From: Octopus bimaculoides
Lineage: Eukaryota
Direction of reading: 5' to 3'
DNA length: 64,000 nt
NCBI RefSeq assembly: GCF_001194135.2
Contig: NC_068988.1
Coordinates: 70,080,580 to 70,144,579, forward strand
Made by a program: the position numbers and the translations under genes. Each line of letters opens with the position of its first letter. Position 1 is the first letter of the stretch. This document shows, piece by piece, positions 11,987 to 24,647 of this stretch. A model generated the notes under the pieces. It was not told where the DNA came from. It saw only the letters and a program-made list of their open reading frames with translations, and did not search any database.

Positions 11987-12560
11987 GTGGCGGACACCTC
12001 CCAGGTGAGAAGTGAGCTAATCCAGGCTATGTATAGCAACATCGAATCAATTGTCCGGGTGAACAGTTTCTTCTCAAAACCGTTCGCGATCGAGCGTTCA
12101 GTTCGCCAGGGTTGCCCCGTGTCCCTGCTTCTGTTTGTATTAGCTCTTGAGCCATTGTTGCGGAGGTTGGAGGCCGCTGCGGGCCACCCACGTGATCTAT
12201 GTTACGGTAGAGGAGCGACGGCGTACGCGGATGATGTCTCCATAATCGTGTCTGATGAAGGGCAGCTACCTCGTGTAGAAGACACCATCAAAAGATACGA
12301 AGCGGTGACAGGGGCAAAAGTTAACCGAGATAAATCAGTCGGCTTGCAACTCGGCACCTGGAGAGGCAAGTCGATGCCTCCCAACAGCGTCGTAGGACGT
12401 TAGACAGAGGGCTCGGTTAAACTGCTCGGAGTCTGGTTTGGACCAGATCTCCAGATGGTGATAAACTGGAGCGAGGTCACAAGCAAGGTGACGGCCATAA
12501 CCCAGACCTGGTCTGAATGGACCTTATCATTGCCAAGGATGGTGGAGGTTCTACAGGTGT
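11987..12560 (+). mobile_element. L1/Tx1-clade LINE reverse transcriptase fragment
   Basis: SVRQGCPVSLLLFVLALEPLLRRL, AYADDVS, AKVNRDKS.GL.LG.W, then an in-frame TAG (12401-12403) and KLLGVWFGPDLQ...NWSEVTSKV. Confidence 0.9.
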
Positions 12561-13079
12561 TGTTAGCAACAGAGGAGATTATACAGCAAGCATACAACAC
12601 ACAAAGTACACCCATACAGCATACATCACCACCAGTAACACTCAAAAGAAAGGAAACCGCCTTAGATAATCCAAGTTCACCTCGTAGACAAGCAAGCACA
12701 AACACAGACAGGCACATCACACAGTCTCGTCAAAGCCCCTCTAAAAACAAAGCTTACATGGTAACATATACTAAAAGCACGGCGATTGAACGAAAAATCA
12801 TCACGTTCAAATCAGTGTTTGGAGTTAAATTGCCGGCAGAAGAACACACAGAAAACACAAAAAGCATACTGATATACAAGGAAAGACACGCTAAATTGAG
12901 GGAATTGTTCGGTTCGAACATTGACCCATTAGGATTGATGGTGGTGTATGATACCCTACCTCCAGTCGTAGAGTATGAATAATTAATACCATATATAAAC
13001 TTGTAAAAATATGTATGTAAATTTTAGTATTATAAAAAATAAACATAAAATGTTATAACATCAAAGACAGTTATAAGTA

Positions 13080-13236
13080 GCCACTCGAGAGTGTGGCTCG
13101 GGCGGCCATTTCACCTTCTTTTATTATATAATTCGTTCCCATTCCTTCGTTTACGTTTTGTGTCCCCAATTTGTATTTGTATTGTCTGTCCTTGTTTGTC
13201 CCTTCTGCGTAGGGCCCTGGTGGCCAATAAAGAAAT
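13080..13236 (+). mobile_element. Probable Tx1-type LINE 3' UTR ending ...ccctggtggccaataaagaaat
   Basis: T/C-rich UTR with terminal AATAAA, downstream of the Tx1 RT on the same strand. A related tail occurs at 46466-46514. The Tx1 assignment is inference. Confidence 0.5.
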
Positions 13237-15693
13237 ACAGTCAGCGAGGTACGCTGTTCGGGCCAGTCCGGCAGAGACGACGAAATACGCCGTCATAATG
13301 CGGGACATAACAATTATGGGTTCCCAGAGACTTTAAGATAACGAAAGGCAGAGTGCAAAGTACCTTTCCATTTGCTGATTACCCCCCTCCGATATTCTGT
13401 TGTAAAATCTGACACCATGCATCGGGTTTTCTTGTGAAAGATGGAGAAGTTCTAGAATAAAATAAACAAATTCCATACCGATGGGCGAAAACACAACTCA
13501 ACTGTCCAGTTATATCTTGAACAGTTTGGCAACAACACAAAGAAAAGGCTCTTTAACATAGACTTTTAAAACAACTTTAAGCAAACATATACGAGCCATT
13601 TGAAGAGCGTCTTACCAATACCAAAACAATAATAAAAACAATAATAATTTTTTTTTACTGACCAGAAGGATAACGATTTATTGAAAGCCATATCAATTCG
13701 TTAATTAATAAAGTCAATATCTTAACTCTGATTTCAAAACATAGGTGAATTAGATAATTTTAAAACACGAAATTGCTAAATCATTAAATTTACAACTAAT
13801 TTAATAATTTTCCTGTCTTTTTAAGAATTTTTTAATACATAATAGAATAGTTTTTTTTCTGCATATTTTATAGTTCAACATCTAGTCAAAGAAGTCTATA
13901 ATATAGATTTCAATTTCTCTTAACTGTAATTCAACTATTGTTACATCAATAATCACCTTGTGAATGGCATAAATGGTATACAGTCAAATTTTGATTTTCT
14001 TTCAATGTCTGACGTAGAGTATAGGCTAAAATCCATTAACGGCTATAGAGAATTACTGATTCATACAATTGTTATATTCAATGTATCAGACTATTTAGTC
14101 AAAAGATCTTAATGCTGTTTGCGTTATTCTACCTGATCAACACTCTGTCTAACTGTGTACTCGTCTATATGCCGACGAACTGTCTGAGTGACTAGGATGA
14201 TTGCTAGATAAGTTGTTACAAATTCATGGTAAATATTCTGCTTAAAGGCACAGTTACTTCGATTTGCCTCCCATTTCATTGATAGATTATAAGTAGTAGA
14301 CATTGGTAGAAAATTTTAATTGCAATAATTTCGATCCAGGTGAGGTTTGGTTTCCTCGCAGTACTATAGAAAATTGTACTAACTTCTGTCTATATGAAGT
14401 ATTAGTTTCTAAATCACGTTGACGTTAACTGACATTATTGAAGGTCAGGTGTTTGAAAGAAAATGGTTTAGGAAGACTTAAGGACGAGATCCAAAGAAAG
14501 TGTAAAATCACACGCAGGTTAAGGGTTATTGGCCGCTTAAGAAAAGATAATACAAAGATATTTTGCAATTTGTGTTTCAGTTCTTTTTGACCATCACACC
14601 AGTGATCAAGACTTATCAACGACCACGGTTGATTTCGGGCGCTGTAATTACTAGAGGTAATGTATGAAACTTTGCTTTAATAGTTGAATGAGGATAATTT
14701 CTCAATCAGTTACCGATCGATTAACTTTTAGAAAACTATAAAATTTAAGTCTAAAAGTATTTTATCAAAATGCTGAGAATTGAAAAATAAAAGAAAAAGA
14801 ACTAATCAAGAGAATATGTACAGTGTGGAAATGTTTTAATTTCCTGTGACAGCAAGCAAAATTATTGTATGAGAGAGATAAAGAGAGAGAGAAAACAGTA
14901 TCACTATTGTTGCTGCATTACTGAGAATGTACATTTACAAATACACATGTTTGTACGACCAAAAGGTTTTGTGGGTTAATTGCTTCAATCAATTTGACTA
15001 AAAATATGTATCATTGCTATTTTACATTTTCAGTGGTAATCAGCAAGACGACAGCTTTGTTTTGTGTATTTTTTTCCATTTCAATCATTTGCTATAGAAA
15101 TTCTTAGGTAAATATTACTTACACACACCGTAGCCACCAATGGAGAAAACAAAAAAATCTGATGACATGAACAGAAAATAAATAGAAAATGGATGGTGGT
15201 AAATGAAAATGATAATTATTTATTTCAGAAATTATATACTTAAAGATGATCTATCGTTCCATTTTCAAATATATGATCTATCATCATTATTTACATATCA
15301 ATAATATATTGGATTGTCAAATGGTGGTTACATGCTATGCCAATCAGTGGAATAGTGTACTGCTCGTAGCTAAGACACTTAAATCTAAAATAGCTCAGAT
15401 TTTAGATAGTAAAGCTTACTCCTGTTTACTATAAATATGATGGAACAGGAAGGAGTCACAACAACTGATATACTCTATATAGTAAATTATACAACGAGAA
15501 AATTTAGTGGTCATTGAAGCTGCTAGAAATAGCAACCAAATTCCCCTCTAATCACATCTTCCTGTAACGTTTTCCATTATATATCTGATAAACCCAGGCT
15601 AGATGTAAAATATAACCCTTATTTTAGACTTCAAAATATTAATTCATCTATCAGTGCTAAAATACACACTATGTATATGGGATACAGATACAT

Positions 15694-15785
<92 letters not shown>

Positions 15786-15792
15786 ACAATAT

Positions 15793-16178
15793 NNNNNNNN
15801 NNNNNNNNNNNNNNNNNNNNNNNNNNNNNNNNNNNNNNNNNNNNNNNNNNNNNNNNNNNNNNNNNNNNNNNNNNNNNNNNNNNNNNNNNNNNNNNNNNNN
15901 NNNNNNNNNNNNNNNNNNNNNNNNNNNNNNNNNNNNNNNNNNNNNNNNNNNNNNNNNNNNNNNNNNNNNNNNNNNNNNNNNNNNNNNNNNNNNNNNNNNN
16001 NNNNNNNNNNNNNNNNNNNNNNNNNNNNNNNNNNNNNNNNNNNNNNNNNNNNNNNNNNNNNNNNNNNNNNNNNNNNNNNNNNNNNNNNNNNNNNNNNNNN
16101 NNNNNNNNNNNNNNNNNNNNNNNNNNNNNNNNNNNNNNNNNNNNNNNNNNNNNNNNNNNNNNNNNNNNNNNNNNNNNN
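15793..16178. other. Assembly gap after (CA)n(TA)n
   Basis: Continuous N. Confidence 1.
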
Positions 16179-16250
16179 TCTACTATAGCCTCGGGCCGAC
16201 CGAAGCCTTTTGAGTGGGTTTGGTAGATGGAAACTGAAAGAGGCCCGTCG

Positions 16251-16307
<57 letters not shown>

Positions 16308-16545
16308 CTGTGTGCGTGTTTTTGTGTATATGTGTGTGCATTTGTGTGCCTGTGTTTTGGCCCCACCATCGCTTTGCAACCGATGTTGGTGTGTTTACGT
16401 CCCCGTAATCTAGTGGTTTGGCATAAGAGACCTATAGAATAAGTACTAGGCTTACAAAGAATAAACCCTGGGATCGATCGATTTGTTCCACTAAAGGCAG
16501 TGCACCAGCGTGGCCGTAGTCAAATGACTGAAACAAAAGAATAAA
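16179..16545 (+). mobile_element. Family B SINE with an internal (TA)/(TG) microsatellite; 5' end lost in the gap
   Basis: ctactatagcctcgggccgacc...ggaaactgaaag...(tg)n...caaccgatgttggtgtgtttacgtccccgtaa...gtcaaatgactgaaac. Same body as 34085-34488. Confidence 0.85.
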
Positions 16546-17544
16546 TATATACATAAATACTCACGTATACAACCACACGAACACATGCACACGCATACAC
16601 ACATACACACGCATACACATACATACACATACACATACATATATATAAATATATATTTTCACACATACACACTTATGCACTTACATGTAACAGAACAGAA
16701 CATGAGAACCAGAAATATAGAAACATAATTCGTTACCAAAAGCTTCCCCATTCGTTTCATCTGGCCCCCTACTATTTTAGCCTATTATGAGTAATCGCAT
16801 AGTTTATTAGACAGTAGACTGAGAAATGAATTGTTTGCAATTGATTTGTAGTGATGATTGAGTATCATAGAGATCAACACGTGTCTTTAAGAAGTAATGA
16901 CGAAATCGGCATGGAAATATACAGTTCGTTGTATATTTAAAAAGAAAGGAATCTAGTGCAATACTGACAGATTTCTGAGGTAGCAGTGAAAGGAGGAAGT
17001 CTTAAACAAGATTGTTCAGTGAGTCGACTTAGATGCTTAAGCACCTGTAAGTAGATAGAACACCAAACGACGCACCTAAGAGAAAATAATGAACCATTAA
17101 CATATAAATTATTAAAGATAGCTACGTAATGTAATTTCTTTCTATTGCTGAATGACAGGAGAAAACTGACAGGGGAAAAACTGATACATGGAAATATGTA
17201 GAATTATTTCACAAGGTAGTCAATCTTACTAAAATGAAAACAGACACATTGAAATAGACGCAGGTATGGGCGTTTATGGTTCGATGCCTCTACGCGGTAC
17301 ATAGGCAACGACTTTCTACTTTAACCTTGGATTGCTGGCGTAAGTCGAACCGACACCAATCAATGAATCTACACTATCACAAAGCATAAGCTGACAGAGT
17401 GAGTGATCACAGACATCCAATACAGATTAAATAGGCGCCATTCCAACAGCGGACATCATACACAAATATACAAATATGGGCATGTATTTTTTTACTCTAT
17501 GTTTACAAAAGACGATGTAAACACAAGGGAAAATACAAAAAATA

Positions 17545-18200
17545 AAAAAGTGCACTTCAGTCGACTTTCTTTGCTATATTTGTTCGGTAGTGAGTCAGAT
17601 ACTTTCTTGTCATTGTCGCCGCCAGAAAATCGTTGAACCAAGTAAATACCTTCAGTAAAATTGAACTGAAGTTCTCCAAAATGACGTCCATTCAGCCATT
17701 TTGTTCCAGTCATATATTATCATCAATATTTAGGAAATCAGATTTAAATCTGAAATTGTTACAAACATCACGACTAACACATGGTTCTATATCAGAGGAT
17801 ATTGAAGAATGTAGGGACTCTCACACAGCACAAATACTTGGGATAGCAGCTAGCAATTATATAGAATTACTAATAAGTGTCTGTTTTGAGGATTCATTTA
17901 ATATTAAAATATTGATGACTTATGGACACAAGCGTAAAGTTATATGTTCTGCGTGATAGAGTGAATTTTGTTGACTGCGTTTCAATTCTGCCAACTATAT
18001 ATTCCAAATTTAGCAGCATTAAAAGCATCTTTAACCGCAAGGAAATTATAACTTACCAAGATGGCTGTCAAAATTTATTTACATTGCTAGGCTTTTTAAT
18101 TATCATCTCCAAAGATCAATATATTCCCATGTAATACGATACTAAATCACTGTATGGGAAAATTTGAATATTCTCAATCATTTCACTGCAGTGCAATGTT
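17545..18200 (+). pseudogene. Possible heavily decayed rhodopsin-family GPCR segment (TM5 to TM7)
   Basis: STFFAIFVR**VRYFLVIVAARKSLNQV resembles a TM5 end and runs into the open frame 17594-17956. In other frames FVDCVSILPTIY is TM6-like and LPRWLSKFIYIARLFNYHLQRSIY is TM7-like. Canonical CWxP and NPxxY motifs are not intact. Confidence 0.25.
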
Positions 18201-18331
18201 ATATAAGTACTACGCACAAACATACTAAAAAAAGAACAACTAGATTTTAATCTCTTTCTCCTGTTACAGTTCCTCCTGAAAGCAATTATCCTATGATAAT
18301 TCTGCTTGTCATTGCGTTACTTAGCCCGGTG

Positions 18332-18570
18332 GTAACGCTTTCACTTGATTAGAGAAAAAGACAGAAAGTAAAGGAGAGAGAAAAAGAAGGAAGGGGAAAA
18401 AGAGAGAAGTGTCCATGATGTGAGGTAGAAAGAATGTAATTGTAACGCTTTCAGGTGATTAGTTGAAGGGAAAGAGAGCAGAAAGAAAAAGGAGAGAGAT
18501 AATGAGGATAAGGCGAAGAGTGAGAAAGAAAGAGGGAGAGAGAAGCGTCCATGACATGAGGTAGGGGGAA
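18332..18570 (+). repeat. Diverged tandem repeat (about 110-130 bp units) in a GA-rich polypurine tract
   Basis: gtaacgctttca..tgattag ... gagaag.gtccatga..tgaggtag occurs at about 18332 and 18441. Confidence 0.7.
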
Positions 18571-19552
18571 CTTAATATTTATTACGTGGTTTAAAAAGTT
18601 AGTTGAAGATAGAGAAGGAAAGTTAAAAATATAATTTTAGCAGAGGGTTGATGTTATGATAGTGAGGTCAAAGAAAGAGAAAGAGAGAGAGAAAGAGAGA
18701 AGCGGGAGGGAGAGGGGAGAAAAAGAGAAAGGAGAGATAATGATGGTGGTGGTGGTGATTGGACAGTGAAAGTGTATTTTTTTATTGAAGTAAGTTTTAT
18801 ATCACCCGTCACTTAACGCATACGCATAAGTTTAATTCTGTGAAATATTCACGCTTATTTACATGGCAGATATATGCAATTTAACTAAAGGTCGTATCAT
18901 ATATAGGGGACACTTTTTTTTTGTTTATGAGGAAAATGGGAAAATAAGAGTGTATATTTTGTGAGTGATGTGTTTTAAGTCTATAAAATTGTGCTTAAAG
19001 TATATAAAGTGTATATATAAAGTGCATTAAGTAATCATGGCAAGTATTCTAATTTCTTCCACTTTTCAATGATAGCAGATGAGCGACTTTCTTTCCATAC
19101 AGACACAACACGCAACGCTTTCAGTTTTTTTGGTTAAATCTTCAAAAATAACTAAATGGCTTTACCATTAATTTCGTGAAATATTCACGGATCCAGCTAG
19201 TAACAATCATTAAAGAAGTAAAAAAAAAAAGCAGCACATGCCACAGAACTTTAAGACCGCTTAGAGTAAGTGTAATAGGGATGACTGGACCACACTTTGA
19301 TGCTATGGCCTATCTCGTAGCTAGGCCGTAGTTTTACATCTAAATTGTCTTCCCACAACTATGATTATACGATTATTAGTGTGAATTACACACCAACAAC
19401 AACTTTGCTGTAACACATTGGTATCTTTGTACTGTCTATGAACTGTTATTTAGTCGCATTTACAGGTTCGATATCTTCTCGCTAGATATAGAAGCTGATT
19501 GGCAGAGTCGTTAGGTCACAGGACAAAATGCATTGCAGTATTTGTTCTGGTT

Positions 19553-19881
19553 TTACGCTCTATGTTCAAATCCACCGGAGTCACATTTGCCTTTGAGTTT
19601 TCTGGTCTCGTTAAAATAAAGTATTGATGGCCCGGAATTGTCATTCGGCCAATAGAAACTATGCACTCCAAATTTAGCAATATTAAATACATCTTTAATA
19701 TGACTTAATTTGTCATTAACTTTAATATCAACACCATTGGGTGTCTTAAGCAGAGTTCTCTTCCTCGTAATATTTGAATAGTTATCTAGTTTGGAGATAA
19801 ATCCCCCCTTTCTTTCCACTAGTTTAGAGAGCTGAAATATTAACGGTTCATGGGGGCAGGCTCTCCCTCTCTGCTTTAGCA
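19553..19881 (-). CDS. Putative terminal coding exon of an unidentified gene
   Basis: Strong acceptor ttttcttgttgtttgtttttctttttcag| at 19882/19881, phase 1, then 108 sense codons to TAA: LKQRGRACPHEPLIFQLSKLVERKGGFISKLDNYSN...FGVHSFYWPNDNSGPSILYFNETRKLKGKCDSGGFEHRA*. Not low-complexity; no TE motif recognised. Confidence 0.6.
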
Positions 19882-20004
19882 CTGAAAAAGAAAAACAAAC
19901 AACAAGAAAATAAAAAACAAATTCAATAACATCCAAAAAAACGTTTTGAGTTGTATCACTGCGAATATATACATACTTTTTTACTCAATATTTACCATAT
20001 ACGT

Positions 20005-20290
20005 GTAGGCGTAGCCATTTGATAAGCTTGTTTCCCAACTATATGGTCTTGGATTCAATCCCTTTGCGTGGCACATTGGGCAAGTGTCTTCTACTATAGT
20101 CACGGGTTGACCAAAGCTTTGTGAAGGAGATTAGTTGACGGGAACTGAAGGAAGCTTCTCGTATGTGTGGTGTTTATCTCTCTCTGTGTATATATGTATG
20201 TGAGTTATTTTCGTTTGTTTCCCTACCGTTTAACAACCAGTGTTGGTTTGCTTACGCCCCTGTAGCTTGAAAGTTCGGTAAAAAGAGACC
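20005..20290 (+). mobile_element. Diverged family B SINE
   Basis: gtaggcgtag...gcgtggcacattgggcaagtgtcttctactatag...gaccaaagctttgtg. Confidence 0.75.
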
Positions 20291-20689
20291 AGTAGCGTTT
20301 AAACTGAAGACCAGAAAATGAAACAAGTGAAAAGATAAAGGATGCCAACTTGGTTGATTAATTATTGATATCTCATATAACAAAACCAGAAATTTTAGAG
20401 GAAGAGACGTCAGATTACATTGACAGGGTATTTGTTTGGTGTTTGTTTTCACTACAGGAGGCGGAAGGGCAAAATACAATTTCAGCGAAATTCCATCTCA
20501 GAGCGGAAAGGACTGTAACTAATAATGTAATGCGTTGTTCGCCCCTTTAACGATTCTGCAAAATCGATTTTATTCCCCGGGCAAAACTTGTTCTTAATGC
20601 TCCTCTTTGAGATTAAAGAAGAAGCATTTAATGCTCCTGTCAGCAGAACATTTCTTAGGACTAATATAGGGATATTCTTTATGTTTTAC

Positions 20690-20992
20690 TTGTTTCAGCC
20701 ATTAGACAACGGACATGCTTGGGTGCAGCCTTGAAGAATTTTAGTCGATTGAATTGACCCCAGTACTTATATTTTTAAGCCTGGGACTTATACTATCGAT
20801 CTCTTTTACTGAACTGGTAAGTTGCGGGGACATAAATACACCAACACCGGTTGTGAAGCTGGGGTGCGGAACAAATACACACAGACAGACAGACACACAC
20901 ACACACACACACACATACATACACACACACACACACATACATACACACACGCGATACGATGGGTTTCTTTTAGTTTCCGTCTACGAAATTCA
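20690..20992 (-). mobile_element. Diverged family B SINE (3' half)
   Basis: Reverse-complement matches: ttagtcgattgaattgaccccagtactta...ctatcgatctctttt...gtttccgtctac. Confidence 0.7.
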
Positions 20993-21060
20993 CTCTCTCT
21001 TCACCTCTCTCTCTCTATGTATGTATGTATGTATGGATGGATGCATGTATGCATGTATGC

Positions 21061-21128
<68 letters not shown>

Positions 21129-21424
21129 ATACATATATACGGGTCGTCAGTGGATTATAAATCCGAAAATAAAGTACAATCTTAAAGTTAGCGCAGTAAT
21201 GTATTAACAAAATTAATAATATGGCCTATTATAGATCGACCAATGATCTCACATCCATAAAGTGATTAGCTTTATAGACAACTCGTCAGACTCCAATGGC
21301 CGTAGACATACATATATATAAAGAGAGTGGCTGTGTGAGTGAAACGGGCGATAAATAGAAGGAGGAAGACGCAGAAGAATCGATCCCACTACTAGAATGG
21401 TATGTAATTTATCGCTTTGAAAAA

Positions 21425-21625
21425 AGCTGGCCAGCCGGCAGAATCGTTAACACACCGGGCTTAGCGGCATTTAATCTGTCTTTATATTCTATGTTCAACT
21501 TCCGCCGAGATCGACTTTGCCTCTTACCCTTTCGGGGTCGATAAAATAAGTATCACTTGATTACTGGGGTCGATGTAATCGACTAGCCCTCGTCTCTCAA
21601 AGTTGGTGGCTTTGTGCCAAAATTT
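21425..21625 (+). mobile_element. Family A SINE
   Basis: gccggcagaatcgttaacacaccgggc...ccgccgagatcgactttgcc...ctttcggggtcgataaaataagta. Confidence 0.8.
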
Positions 21626-23536
21626 GAAAGAAGTGTATTGCCTCGAAATAAAATTTAGTCATGAGTTGATTTGTATTCAGACCTCAGAATCAAGGTAAGT
21701 AGAGTTTGAGAGATAGTGTAATACTGTATAATAATCTGAGACAGAGTTGCAAAGTGTACCCTTAAGGTAAGATTTCATTAGATCCCTGCAATAAAGATTA
21801 AAACCAAATACACACACGCATACACACACCAATGGCTTACCATTTAATAACATTTGCAGTGTGTATAGAAGAATGACACTGTGCGCGTGTGAGAGGGGAG
21901 CGTGTATATGTGAGTACGTTTCCATCTGTAAGTGTATTGGTACGTGTATGTGTATGTACAACTAGATAATTAAGAACGTATTACTTGATGAAAACACTTC
22001 AACATTTAAAAAAAAATATTCATTTAATATTTATAGATTTCTTGCATTAGTTCAACAGTTTCTATTTCATAATTAAGTGCTGAAGGCAAGGGGAAACAGA
22101 AACACTTAGAACCTAAACGAAATACAATCTCATTACAAAAAAGAAAGACACGGACATACACAGAAACGTAAACACTTTCTGATACACATATGGAAATTTG
22201 TACATTGTACTTCTCAGTGTAAGGTTTCAAATTGCTTCTTGAAAGATAAGCATAATACTCAGAGACAGACCTGTTTATTGATAGATCATTATTGCAGCTA
22301 AATTTTGATGTAGTCATAGAAACACAACAGTACGTAAAGCCCACACATACAACTTGAAGTAATAAGAGAAACAGCAATAAATAAAAAACAGTATTTATGC
22401 GACTTTTATATTTAATTAAAAGCATACATATATTCATGTATATGTATCTGCGTGTTTACTATGACAATGGGGGATATTATTGCAACATAAAAGTCCAGAA
22501 TCCAGAAGCTAATTAGAAAGCATAGCCATTACACTTGTAAATCAAAATGCTGATTCTAAACAAGACAAAACTTAAACCTTTTGCATAGCAGAATCAGAGA
22601 TAATTGTGAAGCAGGTCAGATCTCGATCATATGTAAATTATTCAGATTATTGGTAACGTATTCCATAAACCATCTTAGATGAATAAAGCAGAGGTTTCTA
22701 CGGAGGTCAGTTGAATAGTATGATCAGAGCTAAATATTAGTGATAGTGGTGGATTAGTCGAATCGTATGAATGTTGAACGAAAAGTCTTGCTGCCATTAG
22801 TTGCAGACTTTTATATTTTGTTCCAAATTCAAATCTCGTCGAGATCAATTTTTTCTTTCATCATTATAGGTCAATCTTTATCTATAATTCTTAAGTAGTG
22901 TAGGCATGATGTTCCTTAGTTGTGCGTGGTGATTCTACTGGATATTCAGTAATGGGCATTTGGCGGGCTTAGAGGTTTTTGAAAATGAATCCGAAACGAT
23001 ATGTAACATAAGAATCATTTGGTATTATTTGGACCGAATAAGAAAAAAAAAAACAAAAAACATTAAAAGAATATTTGATACAAGAGAAAACATTGTGGTC
23101 AACAAAAAACTAAAGAATACGGCGAGATTTCGTAATTTATGAGGAGCTATTTTGAAGCGATACTTCAAGCAGTAGTTTGTTGAATGTCAACATGGTTAAG
23201 ATGGTTTCAAAAATGGTCCTAAAAAGGTAGAACAGATTTAACGAAAAACAATTGCTAGTAGATATGTAGCCACTAGCTGTGCATTTAGTGGATAAGGCAA
23301 GAGCTTTAAATGATACGCAAAACATAATTTTTCGCAACATCTTAATAATATTGAGGTAGGAGGATATAATTCTTGCTGCATACTACGAAGAGCATTAAAG
23401 TTTCTTTTCCACTTACATCTGCTATCTGAGTCTAACTGCGAATAATGAAGAATTTAATTGGTTTTGATTTAGACAGTGAAGGTGTTTAATTCAGAACTTA
23501 CTCTTATGCTTCATTTACTTCTCTGTTGTTTCTAAG

Positions 23537-23763
23537 CATACATACATACATACATGCATACATACACGCATACACATACATACATACATGCATACATACA
23601 CGCATACACGCACATACATACATAAATACACACATACATACATGCATACATACATACACGCATACACACATACATAAATACATACATACACACATACATA
23701 CATATATACATACATACACGCATACACACATACATGCATACATACATACATACATACATACAT
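23537..23763. repeat. Compound (CATA)n microsatellite
   Basis: Direct reading. Confidence 0.95.
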
Positions 23764-23789
23764 ATGCAGTTGCAATATATTGTGTTTGC

Positions 23790-24638
23790 AATCCAGGAAC
23801 GAGAGATTGCTACAAAGTACCTGGTGAACAAGAGAGACAGTGACGCTCTTGTAATCCCAAGGTGCAACCGCATGTGTAGGCTATGTCATGTTTCTGTGGA
23901 AGNNNNNNNNNNAGACAGTGACGCTCTTGTAATCCCAAGGTGCAACCGCATGTGTAGGCTATGTCATGTTTCTGTGGAAGACATTACGCATGTAACTAGC
24001 AGCTGTCCTAAAATGTCGTCACGGTACTACCTCCCTATGCGGCGCGATGTTGTTGCTAAAACAATTTACAATACCATCCGCAAAAAAGTTTGTCCTGAAA
24101 TAAACTTAGAAAATCCCTGTTATGGAAACACATACATAAACACCAACTCAAGGAATACTAGTGGAATATTCCCATCAAAACCTCTGTCAAATGTAAACAT
24201 AACAGGTCGCATATTGTCGTTTGGGACAGAAGGGCAAAGGGATAGAGGTCAGCTGCCCTGCAAATATACATATCTCTGAAAATCGAAGAAAAAAAAAAGG
24301 ATATTTGTAGACAACTGCTTTGAAACCTCCAGCTTTTATATCCAGACTATGAATTGACATTCATACCAATAATAATTGGAACACTAAGTTTTGTTAGTAA
24401 ATGCTTAAAGGAGAATCTGGATAAATTGGGATTTTCAGAAAGAAAATCGACCGGCCAATTCGTACATTACAAGTGCAATCTGTGAGTGGAACAATAAAAA
24501 TAGGCAAGACTTTTCTCAAGTAACAAAAATGTGAATTTGTCTGTGTTAACAACATCCCAAAGATGGATCCATGTATCTTTGTTGGAAACCGGCTTCCTTC
24601 TCAGTAGAAGGTTTATAATGATTAAAAAATAGAAGAAA
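23790..24638 (+). mobile_element. R4/Dong-clade non-LTR retrotransposon 3' fragment (CCHC knuckle, restriction-like endonuclease, 3' UTR)
   Basis: CRLCHVSVEDITHVTSSCPKMSSRYYLPMRRDVVAKTIY, then with frameshifts ..VEVSCPA.. and LRNLQLLYPDYELTFIPIIIGTLSFVSKCLKENLDKLGF...LQVQSVSGTIKIGKTFLK*. Confidence 0.88.
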
Positions 24639-24647
24639 CATACATGC

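Noticed and set aside
13364-13451. 88-nt minus-strand segment with good acceptor and donor sites
   Set aside because: No open frame ends in phase 0 to join the receptor exon and there is no homology; at best a UTR exon, unsupported without transcripts.
17650-17691. Minus-strand MDVILENFSSILLK|gtattt, a phase-0 donor that could splice to VNYADS
   Set aside because: In-frame stops lie immediately upstream, there is no signal peptide, and there is no NPR-like motif.
20741-21210. HTHTHT, VCVCVC, IYIY and poly-Ile ORFs (also 23504-23873, 24856-25233, 54038-54349, 56056-56557)
   Set aside because: These are translations of (CA)n, (CATA)n, (TA)n and (ATT)n microsatellites.
22024-22437. 137-aa minus-strand ORF with an internal acceptor-like site
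   Set aside because: No convincing phase-1 donor links it to the 19881 exon, no domain is recognisable, and it is partly low-complexity.
23835-23980. Exact 68-bp direct repeat inside the R4 element
   Set aside because: The copies flank a 10-N gap and are identical, the signature of an unmerged contig overlap.
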